Shown here piece after piece: positions 29,269-38,486 of a DNA stretch of 55,777 nt. This DNA comes from Parcubacteria group bacterium. GTDB taxonomy: Bacteria > Patescibacteriota > Minisyncoccia > Phycocordibacterales > CALRBT01. Position 1 is the stretch's first letter. Each line of letters opens with the position of its first letter. The position numbers were made by a program, and so were the translations under genes. A model generated the notes under the pieces. The model worked only from the letters and a program-made list of their open reading frames with translations. It was not told the DNA's origin and made no database searches. The stretch lies in assembly GCA_943354475.1 (NCBI GenBank), contig CALRBT010000005.1, forward strand, positions 1 through 55,777. Reading direction: 5' to 3'.

Positions 29269-31701
29269 ATGCCAAATAACACACTTCCATTTCCAATCGT
29301 CGACGCTCTCCTTCTGACTCCAAAAGAGGCCGATTCTGGAGCACTTGGTATCTGTACTAATACTTCAGCACCTGGACAAGTCTACAATGAGATCGAAGAA
29401 GAACAACGACCTTTTGTCTCGGTCATTGGTTCACTGATCGTTAGCCGCGATGGAACCGAGCGTATGATCTTAAACACACTAGCTCACCCATCGGTGCGCT
29501 ATATCATCCTCTTCTCCGAAGAGTCCCTCACTTTCTCACCAAGTACCAACCTCCTGTTAGCTCTCCAAAATGGTGTCAATTTCGAAGCTTCCGGAAACTA
29601 CATCAAAGACGGTAAGGCTGCCTCAGCACATTATCCAAATCTTTCGGCAAAAATCATTGATGCGTTTCGCGAGAATATTACCGTCATTCCACTCTTTATG
29701 TATCGAAATGATTATTCAAGACCTGTTGTACTTGAGTACTTAGAGTGGTTACGGCCAAAAATTAATGACGAGATTTACGAATTCCTCAAAGAAACCACGA
29801 CCAAAAAATCAATCTACTATGATAGTTTGAATGCACTAATTGCGCTCCTTAGTAAACTACCAAAAAAAGATAAGCCTTTTATCGACCTCGACCCCAAAGA
29901 ATTCCAGCATCTACAACCACCAAAAATAGAACTGTCAGCGGAAGATTTGACGGTGTCTGTACCATTTAAAGTTTCAAAAGAAAAAGAATTAATCCGTCTT
30001 GATATCGCTATCGAAGACAAAACATACTATCTCAAAGGTAAAAGTGAGTTCTTGATGGAATACTCTTTAATGAAATTTATTGGTGATGATAAAAAATTTA
30101 TCTCCCCACTCGAGCAACTACTTCTCGGCGCCGAACTTGCACGAGTCGATACCGAAATCAAAAACAAGATAGAAATAAAAACAAGGGTCCATTATGCTGA
30201 TATAACTGGGGCAATTGAAATTCCTCTTGAATCAAACACATCACTGATTACCGACAAACGCTTTTACTATAAAGTTAGTGTGCGGGAGCAAGATATCTCT
30301 GTTATGTGTTTAGCCTTTGATGTCTGCGAGGAGGTATTTGAATTACGCTCTCCAACAAACGGCGCGATATTCAACTGGCTCGCGGAGAAAAATCGGTTTG
30401 AGGAGTATGAAATGGATATACTCCATAGAATGGACGTTGGTGGGCAAATAGGAAGGGCTGGGATTGCAGCCAAACTTGGCTTTGCCTTTATTCAAGATTT
30501 TTCGAGTATCTTCAGGATTAACACCGAGGAGCTTCCCTTACTCATATCACAAGGTGATAGTTTTCTTGAAATACATAAAAATATTTTGATGAAAATTTAT
30601 ACCGAAGGACTGACCGAAGAACATGGGGATAAGCAGAAAGGGTTGGCACGAACTGGTATCGCTCTTGCTATCTATCGAGATTCGAAAAATGCGCTCGCTT
30701 CACTACCCGCCTTCTACAAACAAGGTGATCAAAGTACTGAAGAGATGCGCCTTAATTACAAAAAACAGCTCCTTCGTTTTGATCACGATGGTGACTACAG
30801 TTATGGACAACGTACCCGGGCACATTTTGGATTCGACCAACTACCAAAGACAATTGAAATACTAAAGAGTAATCCTAACCACGCTACCGTTATTCAACGA
30901 TTTGATCCAACCGTTGATATGGGAAGTCATATTGTTCCAGAGACTGGTAAACTCAAATATACCCATGACCCATGCCTCACTCATGATATTTTTATTGTCC
31001 ATGGTGGGAAACTTCATTCGTTCCATATTGCCCGTGCACACAATACCGTCAACGCCTATCCTGAAAATATTTTTGGCCTCTTCGATGCTTATGTTACAAC
31101 CATTCGAGAAGAGTTGGGTGTAAAGAGTGGAGATATGTATATGCTTTCAAACCGTGCCAACATCCTCCTTCTAACTGAAGAGCAACGCACCAAGAAAATA
31201 CTAACCGAGCCATCAAAGCCTTCGGATGATATGGATACCGCAAGTGGTCCGTATGAGGTAGGAGAGGATCTGGAGAAAGTTGACGTTGAAGGAGTTGTCG
31301 CCTACAGATTTATAGAGTTACAAGAGAGGCTTGAGAAACCAACAAGCGAATCAGGAAAAAAGATTATTAGTCGATTAGAAAATTTTGAAGGGATAGATAC
31401 AATTGAGCGTGCTGTTAGCTACTACGAGAGTAAGGGAGTGATGCATAACAATCCAGTACTCACCGAATACCAAGCAGGACAACATAGTACTCAGAATAAT
31501 CCCCAAGCTGATCAACTAATCTTTTTCCAAGCAAACACTATGGGAGGAAAACTTCACGCAACTGCAGTATTCGCAAACCGTTCACTAAAAAACATAAATG
31601 ACGATACCGAAACAATAAACTACCTCTCTACCCTCTTTAGTAAACGCCTGAAAGTACCTCTTGGGCACCTATCTCTATTCTACGTAGGCTATACTAAGTA
31701 A
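29269..31701 (+). CDS. MtrA-like / DUF4346 x2 / thymidylate-synthase-like multidomain protein
   Basis: GTERMILNTLAHPSVRYIILFSEE (MtrA-like); HRMDVGGQIGRAGIAAKLGFAFIQD (DUF4346-like); YSYGQR..FDQL..DPCL..RAHN..YPEN (TS fold). Confidence 0.8.
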   Translation: MPNNTLPFPIVDALLLTPKEADSGALGICTNTSAPGQVYNEIEEEQRPFVSVIGSLIVSRDGTERMILNTLAHPSVRYIILFSEESLTFSPSTNLLLALQNGVNFEASGNYIKDGKAASAHYPNLSAKIIDAFRENITVIPLFMYRNDYSRPVVLEYLEWLRPKINDEIYEFLKETTTKKSIYYDSLNALIALLSKLPKKDKPFIDLDPKEFQHLQPPKIELSAEDLTVSVPFKVSKEKELIRLDIAIEDKTYYLKGKSEFLMEYSLMKFIGDDKKFISPLEQLLLGAELARVDTEIKNKIEIKTRVHYADITGAIEIPLESNTSLITDKRFYYKVSVREQDISVMCLAFDVCEEVFELRSPTNGAIFNWLAEKNRFEEYEMDILHRMDVGGQIGRAGIAAKLGFAFIQDFSSIFRINTEELPLLISQGDSFLEIHKNILMKIYTEGLTEEHGDKQKGLARTGIALAIYRDSKNALASLPAFYKQGDQSTEEMRLNYKKQLLRFDHDGDYSYGQRTRAHFGFDQLPKTIEILKSNPNHATVIQRFDPTVDMGSHIVPETGKLKYTHDPCLTHDIFIVHGGKLHSFHIARAHNTVNAYPENIFGLFDAYVTTIREELGVKSGDMYMLSNRANILLLTEEQRTKKILTEPSKPSDDMDTASGPYEVGEDLEKVDVEGVVAYRFIELQERLEKPTSESGKKIISRLENFEGIDTIERAVSYYESKGVMHNNPVLTEYQAGQHSTQNNPQADQLIFFQANTMGGKLHATAVFANRSLKNINDDTETINYLSTLFSKRLKVPLGHLSLFYVGYTK

Positions 31702-31702
31702 T

Positions 31703-32359
31703 ATGTTTGATTTTACGGAAATTAAAGTCATCGGGTTTGATCTCGATCAAACCCTCTACGAGAAGTCGCACGAAGTGGATGCTGAAATTCAAAGCTATAT
31801 CTATGAGAAAATTTCCACACAAAAAAAATGTTCTCTTGAAGAGGCTGAGCTTCTTTTCTCTGGTTTATATAAAAACGGTCGTGGTTTAAGTGGTAGCAAA
31901 ACTCTAGAAACCTTGGGAGTTCCAAACGCAGGTGAGGTAGTGCAAGAAGCCCTCGAATTTGCAAACATTGCTTCAGTTTTAGTTCCAAATAAGGCAACGA
32001 TTTCTCTGCTAAAAAATATAAAAGAAACCTATAAAAATATTGACCTGCTTACTGGTTCAAATGACTCAAATGCATCTATAAAACTTGCGAAGCTAAATAT
32101 TGGTAAAGAAATCTTTGGTACAATCTTTACCGCAGACAATGCTTCAAAATCAGATGGTTCGATGTATAAACTTTGGTTGGATACCTATGATTTTCCAGCA
32201 GAGAAATTCCTCTATATTGGTGACCGTCCAATGAGTGACTATGAGATTCCAAAAAAATACGGGATTAAAAGTATTTTAGTAAATGTTAAGGAGCAAGACC
32301 CTTCGATTGATTGTTTACAGTTAAAAAATCTATCTGACTTAAATCAGTATCTCCTCTAA
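31703..32359 (+). CDS. HAD-superfamily hydrolase (nucleotidase-like)
   Basis: GFDLDQTLY motif I, LLTGS motif II, YIGDRPMSD motif IV. Confidence 0.92.
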   Translation: MFDFTEIKVIGFDLDQTLYEKSHEVDAEIQSYIYEKISTQKKCSLEEAELLFSGLYKNGRGLSGSKTLETLGVPNAGEVVQEALEFANIASVLVPNKATISLLKNIKETYKNIDLLTGSNDSNASIKLAKLNIGKEIFGTIFTADNASKSDGSMYKLWLDTYDFPAEKFLYIGDRPMSDYEIPKKYGIKSILVNVKEQDPSIDCLQLKNLSDLNQYLL

Positions 32360-32366
32360 AACACCT

Positions 32367-32394
32367 ACGGCCGAACCTTACTTGGTTCGGCCGT
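32367..32394. terminator. Hairpin ending the deaminase/TS-like operon
   Basis: acggccgaacc-ttactt-ggttcggccgt. Confidence 0.8.
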
Positions 32395-32399
32395 TACTA

Positions 32400-32789
32400 C
32401 TACCCCTCTGCAGTCATCCGAGATGGAGTTGCCCACACAAAGTGGCGAGCAACGCAGTTTTCTTTTTGGAAATAACAAGGTAAACAAGTCTCTGCTGGTA
32501 AAACAACCTCGAAATCATAGTGGTCACGAACGAGATGAAGATAAGTTCGTTCACCAATAAGTACACCCTTTAAAACAGCTTTTTCAACTATACAAAGTGG
32601 CAAATTATATTCTTCACAAAGTCTTGTAAGAGCCTCATTTCGCATCTCCCCTTCCTGAAGATGTGTCTCTAACGAAGAGACGCCTTTGTATGGCTGGGAA
32701 CCTTGGGGGTTAGTTGGCAGACCTTCCAAATACTGCCATAGAATCCCCGTAGTATCTCTTTTGTAGATAAATAAGCGGAGTATCGACAT
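32400..32789 (-). CDS. Orphan hypothetical protein
   Basis: 129-aa ATG ORF with GGAGGA SD upstream. Confidence 0.55.
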   Translation of the reverse strand: MSILRLFIYKRDTTGILWQYLEGLPTNPQGSQPYKGVSSLETHLQEGEMRNEALTRLCEEYNLPLCIVEKAVLKGVLIGERTYLHLVRDHYDFEVVLPAETCLPCYFQKENCVARHFVWATPSRMTAEG

Positions 32790-32850
32790 GACATCCTCCA
32801 GTTTCTTTATTTGTTCATTACTGATGCAAGTGTATACCTTACTGTACTAA

Positions 32851-32885
32851 TAACAACACCCCCACCTTTGGTGGGGGTGTTGTTA
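32851..32885 (-). terminator. Terminator immediately after rplK
   Basis: taacaacacccccacc-ttt-ggtgggggtgttgtta. Confidence 0.88.
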
Positions 32886-32910
32886 ACTCTAAGTAGTTTT
32901 CGATTGAATA

Positions 32911-33336
32911 CTATCCCTTTACTTCAACACCCATTGAACGCGCGGTTCCGGCAATGATATTCATCGCTGCATCAATATCATTTGCATTGAGGTCAACCAT
33001 CTTTTTTTCTGCAATCTCTTTGAGCTGTGCTTTACTGATTGAACCAATCTTGGCAGTAGTATTTTTTCCTGACCCCTTCTCTTTGTTCATAGATTTAAGA
33101 ATGAGGCGAGATGCTGGAGGAGTCTTGAGTTCAAAGGTAAAACTCCTGTCTTCGTAAACAGTAATGATTACGGGAATAATATCCCCCATCATGGTGGCGG
33201 TTGCGGCATTAAACTTGGAAACAAAGTCACCGATGTTAACCCCTGCCTGACCGAGTGCGGGACCCACAGGAGGTGCTGGATTAGCCTTTCCACCAGGAAT
33301 CTGTAATTTAAGTTTTTTGGTAATTTTCTTTGCCAT
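32911..33336 (-). CDS. rplK: 50S ribosomal protein L11
   Basis: [26 protein letters not shown]. Confidence 0.99.
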   Translation of the reverse strand: MAKKITKKLKLQIPGGKANPAPPVGPALGQAGVNIGDFVSKFNAATATMMGDIIPVIITVYEDRSFTFELKTPPASRLILKSMNKEKGSGKNTTAKIGSISKAQLKEIAEKKMVDLNANDIDAAMNIIAGTARSMGVEVKG

Positions 33337-33393
33337 ATAAGTTAGGTTAGAATACTGGATTATGTATAAAAGTCAATCGTACGCTTCCTTTGA

Positions 33394-33939
33394 CTAAGCT
33401 CTGCGAATTTGCAAGAAGTCGAGCTCAACAGGTGTTTCGCGACCGAACATTGAGACCAAGACCTTCACCTTACCGCGACTCTCGTCAACTTCACTCACCC
33501 GCCCCTCAAGATCCTTGAACGGACCGTCACTGATAATAATCAGGTCATCAGTTTGAAGGTCGATTGCATGCTTCGGTGTATCTGCTTTCATTCGCTTAAA
33601 GAGCGTTTCAATCTCTTTGTCATCGAGAGGTACTGGCTGAACACCGGAGCCGACGAAGCCTGTAACACGAGGCGTGTTACGTACCACGTACCATGAGTCG
33701 TCATTAACCACCATGTCAACGAGCACGTATCCTGGGTAGATTTTCTCCTCTTCTTCAATTCGTTTGCCGGCCTTGATCTTGATTTTCTTCTCAGTTGGAA
33801 CAATCACATTAAAGATACGATCCCCCATACCGAGTGATTCAATACGTTGTTTGAGATTTCGCACAACCGCATTCTCGTATCCGGCATAGGTATGTATTGC
33901 GTACCAATTACGTTCACCACTTATTTGCTGTTTAGACAT
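33394..33939 (-). CDS. nusG: Transcription termination/antitermination factor NusG
   Basis: WYAIHTYAGYE, YPGYVLV, VSMFGRETPVELDF. Confidence 0.99.
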   Translation of the reverse strand: MSKQQISGERNWYAIHTYAGYENAVVRNLKQRIESLGMGDRIFNVIVPTEKKIKIKAGKRIEEEEKIYPGYVLVDMVVNDDSWYVVRNTPRVTGFVGSGVQPVPLDDKEIETLFKRMKADTPKHAIDLQTDDLIIISDGPFKDLEGRVSEVDESRGKVKVLVSMFGRETPVELDFLQIRRA

Positions 33940-33953
33940 ACAGATATGTTATG

Positions 33954-34136
33954 TTAACGAATAAAAGTAGCTAGACCCTTAAGAAACAGAAAATCAAACA
34001 GACCGAGAAAAAAGGCGACCCCAAGTGAAATTAAAATCACCACGATAGTAAAAACCACTGTTTGTTGCTTTGTTGGCCAACGAACATGTTTCAATTCTCC
34101 TTTTGTTTCCTTTAAGTATTCGATGAATGATGACAT
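33954..34136 (-). CDS. secE: Preprotein translocase subunit SecE
   Basis: ELKHVRWPT plus one TM helix; secE-nusG-rplK synteny. Confidence 0.96.
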   Translation of the reverse strand: MSSFIEYLKETKGELKHVRWPTKQQTVVFTIVVILISLGVAFFLGLFDFLFLKGLATFIR

Positions 34137-34344
34137 AAATTTAGGTTATAGTGATTAGGTTTATAGTCTTGCTTCGCGACATAAGTGTTCACCTTGTTCC
34201 CTTAGGTGTTAGGTTAGAACCAAGAACACAGAAACCAGTGAATAAATAATATTTGAAAAAAACGCTATCTTAAATTAAACTCCCCGATATTAAAAAACAC
34301 CCCGCGGGGCTCTAATACATACTACTTTGTTTACTAAAAAAGTC

Positions 34345-34392
34345 AATACCAACACGTAAACCTCCGTTTCCGGAGGTTTACGTGTTGGTATT
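34345..34392. terminator. Long hairpin terminator after the SIMPL gene
   Basis: aataccaacacgtaaacctccg-tttc-cggaggtttacgtgttggtatt. Confidence 0.85.
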
Positions 34393-34419
34393 TCGACCAC
34401 TTCACTTATTTCACTACTT

Positions 34420-35214
34420 CTACCTAATCTCGTAGACAATACTTACGTTCGACACAATCTTATTTTCTCCAACTGGAACAGATGGTGCCACTGCCGCAGC
34501 TTGCATCATAACGTCTCCCCCCATCCCCTTACCATAATACATTTGATTACCATTATTTTCAGAGTAACTAACGATGCGTACCAAGCGAACACCGAGATCA
34601 CTTGCCAATTGTTTTGCTTTCTCTTTTGCTTTCGTAATTGCCTGTTCACGTGCCTGTCGGTTAATCTCATCTGGATTATCAACAGTGAAATTGAGGCTAC
34701 TTATATTTGATGCGCCAGTTGATCCAACTAAACTAAGGAGCTCTCCTGCTTTTTCAAGGTCGCGAACCTTAATCTCAATACTCTGACTGACCTCATAGCC
34801 AATTATTCGCTGAGCACCTCCAACAGGACAATATGCTGCGGTACAGACAATCCGCTCATATTCATATTTTGGGTAAACATTATATCCGGTAGTTTTGATA
34901 TCCTTTTCAGCAACACCGGCTTTTTTTAGAGCGTCAATACCAGCATTTGTTTTTGTTGTTGCTGATTTTTGAGCTTCGCCAACTGTCTTTGCACTTTCAG
35001 TTACCGAAAAAGAGAATGTTGCTAAGTCTGGCTTGATATATGCTTCACCTTCACCTGAGACTGAAATAACGTTTGAGGCAGGTGCTGGGGCAATCGTGCC
35101 ATAGGTTTTTATCTCATTGGCAGTTAGTGCCAATAGATATAGAGATAAAATAACCCCAAGAAAAGTGGCGATCATCCACGCCCGTCGTTTTTGTACTACT
35201 ATTTGTTCATCCAT
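34420..35214 (-). CDS. SIMPL (DUF541) domain protein
   Basis: ISVSGEGEAYIKPDLA..AREQAITKAKEKAKQLASDLGVRL. Confidence 0.92.
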   Translation of the reverse strand: MDEQIVVQKRRAWMIATFLGVILSLYLLALTANEIKTYGTIAPAPASNVISVSGEGEAYIKPDLATFSFSVTESAKTVGEAQKSATTKTNAGIDALKKAGVAEKDIKTTGYNVYPKYEYERIVCTAAYCPVGGAQRIIGYEVSQSIEIKVRDLEKAGELLSLVGSTGASNISSLNFTVDNPDEINRQAREQAITKAKEKAKQLASDLGVRLVRIVSYSENNGNQMYYGKGMGGDVMMQAAAVAPSVPVGENKIVSNVSIVYEIR

Positions 35215-35268
35215 ACTTTAATTTTGATTAATTAACAAAAACACCCAATAAGTAGTCATTATATCACA

Positions 35269-35745
35269 CTAGTCCACAGCACCTTGTGAATGCACCCTCC
35301 TCCAAATCTGACCACCCCCTTTTGATTCTTCACTAAGGGTGAGTGTTGTACTGCTTATCGCAAGGATGTTATAAGAGAAACTAAGTCCTGGCACCCCTTC
35401 ATCTGGGCAGTAAATGCTAACCGAATTCTTCTCAAGATTCCATGAACAGCTTACGTGATTTGGTTGGCTGTGTAAGAACGAGCTAAATACACGCACCCCA
35501 TCGGCAACAACAAAGTCAATTTCCTCACTATCGTTAGGAAAACAGACCTCATCAGGTTGTGCTTTTTTGCACCCTGGATCGTTTGGGTTTGAAAGATCAA
35601 ATGTCCATGCGCCAATAATATCTTTTTCACTGAAGGTGGCGACGTTCTCTCGATCCTCAGGAGCAGAGAGAGTGCCCGCATAAAATATCGCACCAACAAC
35701 AATTACTACCGCTATCACTAATCCTATTATAATTTTGGTGCGCAT
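35269..35745 (-). CDS. Secreted or membrane-anchored hypothetical protein (lipocalin-like beta fold possible)
   Basis: N-terminal hydrophobic helix, IIGAWTF, four Cys. Confidence 0.6.
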   Translation of the reverse strand: MRTKIIIGLVIAVVIVVGAIFYAGTLSAPEDRENVATFSEKDIIGAWTFDLSNPNDPGCKKAQPDEVCFPNDSEEIDFVVADGVRVFSSFLHSQPNHVSCSWNLEKNSVSIYCPDEGVPGLSFSYNILAISSTTLTLSEESKGGGQIWRRVHSQGAVD

Positions 35746-35872
35746 ATTATTTTTTATTAAACACAGCGAAGTTTATAATTTAAGGCACCGGAACTAATGA
35801 ATGGTTGTATTTTAGCATAAAGAAAGGCGTGTTATTATTCATATACTTTATAGACATTAAAATAATAACTAA

Positions 35873-37057
35873 ATGGAACCAACCACCATCTTTCAGAATG
35901 TGCGCCGACACAAATCAATCGTCATTGATATCTCAGTTCTTTTGATAACACTTGCGACTATTGGAGGGTTATTATTCTTTTTCTCTTCAAAAAAATCTTC
36001 CATAGAAACAAACCTCCTTGGTGCATGGGCAAAGACTGCCGTTACATACAATGACCACCGAGAAGTAGTGCCTCAAGAAGAAACTGAATATTGGGGTTTT
36101 GTAAAAGAACCCATGGATAAAGGGTTCCGTGAATACTACGGGACCAGCACCCAATCCTTAGGTTCTCTCGGATCGTGGAAGGTGCGCACTGTTGGCGGTA
36201 CCAAAATACTTGATTCTTTTTTTTACGGAGACACTTCAAAGAGTGATTCTTACAAAATACAAACCTTAACGAAAGATACTTTAGTACTTGCAAGATTGGG
36301 TGAAAATGATATTCCTGATAACTATACACTGGAGTTTGTACGTGTCCGAACTCCAGAGGAGGAGTCTGCCATTGTCTTGAGTACCACAGGCGAAGAGAGC
36401 GTTACTATTTGTAACAAGCTAAGTAAGGAAGAAAATGTTGATGGACAAGTTATCCTCCCCATAACCTGCACTAGAGAAATTGGGAAAGAAGAGCGTGCTG
36501 ACTTTACCTACAAACCAGACGGCTCACTTATTGTAAGTAGAGAAGGAAAAACTATTTTTGCACTTGAAGCTGACAATGGAGAAGAAGGTGGTAACTTTGT
36601 CTCCCTTACCAACGGTATAGGCCCGTTTCTTTGGAGTGGTTCACTTTCTCTAAAGGATATAACTTTTGATGGCTATAGCGACCTACAAGTACTGGTTTAT
36701 GCTGGAGCATACAATTACTCCTATAGTTTTTACAGATACAATCCTCAAACACACACCTTTGATAAAGAGCCTCTGCTAAAGGATGTCGTCAATCCAGACA
36801 TCGACCTCAAGACAAAAACTATTTCTTACTTTAACAAAGGTCGTGGGCTCGGTGATCTCCACACATTTGGAACATATCGTTTTGAAAATGGAAGATATAT
36901 TCTTGTTCACGAAGAAAATCAGGATATCGCTCCTGGATCGGAGTTTGACAGCGATGACATGAAATATATTCGTACCGTGCGCGAGCTCCAGAATGGAGTG
37001 ATGATGGTAACAAAAACAGAAACTCTGACAAGAAAAGAGGTCTTTGGAGAAAACTAG
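35873..37057 (+). CDS. Membrane-anchored hypothetical protein with DxxFDGYxD repeat-like domain
   Basis: TM helix, LLGAWAK lipocalin-like start, DITFDGYSDLQV motif. Confidence 0.65.
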   Translation: MEPTTIFQNVRRHKSIVIDISVLLITLATIGGLLFFFSSKKSSIETNLLGAWAKTAVTYNDHREVVPQEETEYWGFVKEPMDKGFREYYGTSTQSLGSLGSWKVRTVGGTKILDSFFYGDTSKSDSYKIQTLTKDTLVLARLGENDIPDNYTLEFVRVRTPEEESAIVLSTTGEESVTICNKLSKEENVDGQVILPITCTREIGKEERADFTYKPDGSLIVSREGKTIFALEADNGEEGGNFVSLTNGIGPFLWSGSLSLKDITFDGYSDLQVLVYAGAYNYSYSFYRYNPQTHTFDKEPLLKDVVNPDIDLKTKTISYFNKGRGLGDLHTFGTYRFENGRYILVHEENQDIAPGSEFDSDDMKYIRTVRELQNGVMMVTKTETLTRKEVFGEN

Positions 37058-37944
37058 AAAGCACTCCAGCGTGCAAAAATTCCACAAGGAAGTAGTCTCC
37101 CTCCTTCACTTGATTCTCTTAAAGTTAATTCTCCCGACTCCAAAACCCCATTAAACTTTTGAACCAAAGGTTTTAAGTTATTCTCATAAGCGATAGATGA
37201 GTATCCTGCTGAGTAGCCATTCAGTATAAAGAATAGTGGTTTGTCACTAAGTAGTTTCATCGCTGTCTCAATAAGAGGAGTTAGATCTTCCTCTATTTTC
37301 CAAAGCTCTCCTTTTGCGCCGTGTCCAAACGCAGGAGGATCCATGATAATTGCGTCATACTTGTTTCCACGCCTAATTTCACGATCTACAAACTTCTTTG
37401 CGTCATCAATAATCCATCGAACAGGCTTATCTGAAAGTTTTGATAATGTGGCGTTTTCCTTTGCTAGAGCAATAGCAGTCTTTGAGCCATCAACATGAAC
37501 AACCTGAGCTCCAGCAGAAAGGGCTGCGAGTGTAGCCCCTCCGGTATATCCAAAAAGGTTGAGTACTGAAGTTGGTCGATCTGTTGCCTTAATTTTATCA
37601 ATAATCCATTGCCAGTTGGCGTACTGTTCTGGAAAAAGCCCGATATGTTTAAATGGTGCGAGCACTATCTTAAAGACGAGTCCGAGTTCGGTAAAAGTAA
37701 TCTGCCAACTTTTTGGTACTCCCATAGACACTTTCCAGGAACCACTCTTACCTCCTTCGCCTGGCTTAAAGATTACATTGGCATCCTGCCACCTTTTTTT
37801 ATCTAAGTGCTTTAACCAAAGCGCCTGAGGATCAGGTCGAGCAAGTATCACCTTACCCAACCGTTCAAGCTTTTCCCCATCCCCACTATCAAGAAGCTCG
37901 TAGTCAGAGGAGGTTTCGGTAATGAGTATACTGCGATGTTCCAT
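37054..37944 (-). CDS. Class I SAM-dependent methyltransferase (RlmI/RlmK-like)
   Basis: VLNLFGYTGG, HVDGSK, IIMDPPAFG. Confidence 0.9.
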   Translation of the reverse strand: MEHRSILITETSSDYELLDSGDGEKLERLGKVILARPDPQALWLKHLDKKRWQDANVIFKPGEGGKSGSWKVSMGVPKSWQITFTELGLVFKIVLAPFKHIGLFPEQYANWQWIIDKIKATDRPTSVLNLFGYTGGATLAALSAGAQVVHVDGSKTAIALAKENATLSKLSDKPVRWIIDDAKKFVDREIRRGNKYDAIIMDPPAFGHGAKGELWKIEEDLTPLIETAMKLLSDKPLFFILNGYSAGYSSIAYENNLKPLVQKFNGVLESGELTLRESSEGGRLLPCGIFARWSAF

Positions 37945-37961
37945 GGAAGAATTTTTTACAA

Positions 37962-38462
37962 TTATTTCTTTAACTTTCCGATGTCTGAAGCGAGCTGGGC
38001 AAGATTTGCTTGGATCTTCTCAAGAGTTATCTGTTCGTTTTTTTCTTCTTCAACTTCCAACTTGTCTTCTTCAGTAATCTCGTCGACATCTTCTTGGATT
38101 TCATCGATATCCTTTTGGATCTCGTCGACGTCTTCTTGAATCTCGACAACATCTTCCGCAATTTCATCAATTCCCTCTTCAATTTCATCAAGATTTTCTT
38201 CAACGTCACGCAAACTTTCTGTGTTTCGATTCACCGACATTTGAATAAAAATTGAAAGATATATAGCTTCGAGGGAAACGATAGTTGTGAGCACGAGAAG
38301 AACTCTATCCCAAGGAACTCCTGCTATACCAAGAATGAAGGCGGAAGCAAAAAATAGTGTATGGACCACAAGTGAAGCGGGAGATCCAATCCATTTAGTA
38401 AAGGTTGCTCCTATCCCCCTCTCTTCAATTTTTATTTTTTTCTGAGTATTATTTTTTTCCAT
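37962..38462 (-). CDS. DUF1003-like membrane protein with acidic heptad-repeat tail
   Basis: LTTIVSLEAIYLSIFIQMSVNR followed by (EDVDEIQ)n. Confidence 0.8.
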   Translation of the reverse strand: MEKNNTQKKIKIEERGIGATFTKWIGSPASLVVHTLFFASAFILGIAGVPWDRVLLVLTTIVSLEAIYLSIFIQMSVNRNTESLRDVEENLDEIEEGIDEIAEDVVEIQEDVDEIQKDIDEIQEDVDEITEEDKLEVEEEKNEQITLEKIQANLAQLASDIGKLKK

Positions 38463-38486
38463 GATAACTACTGTTACATACCAGTT

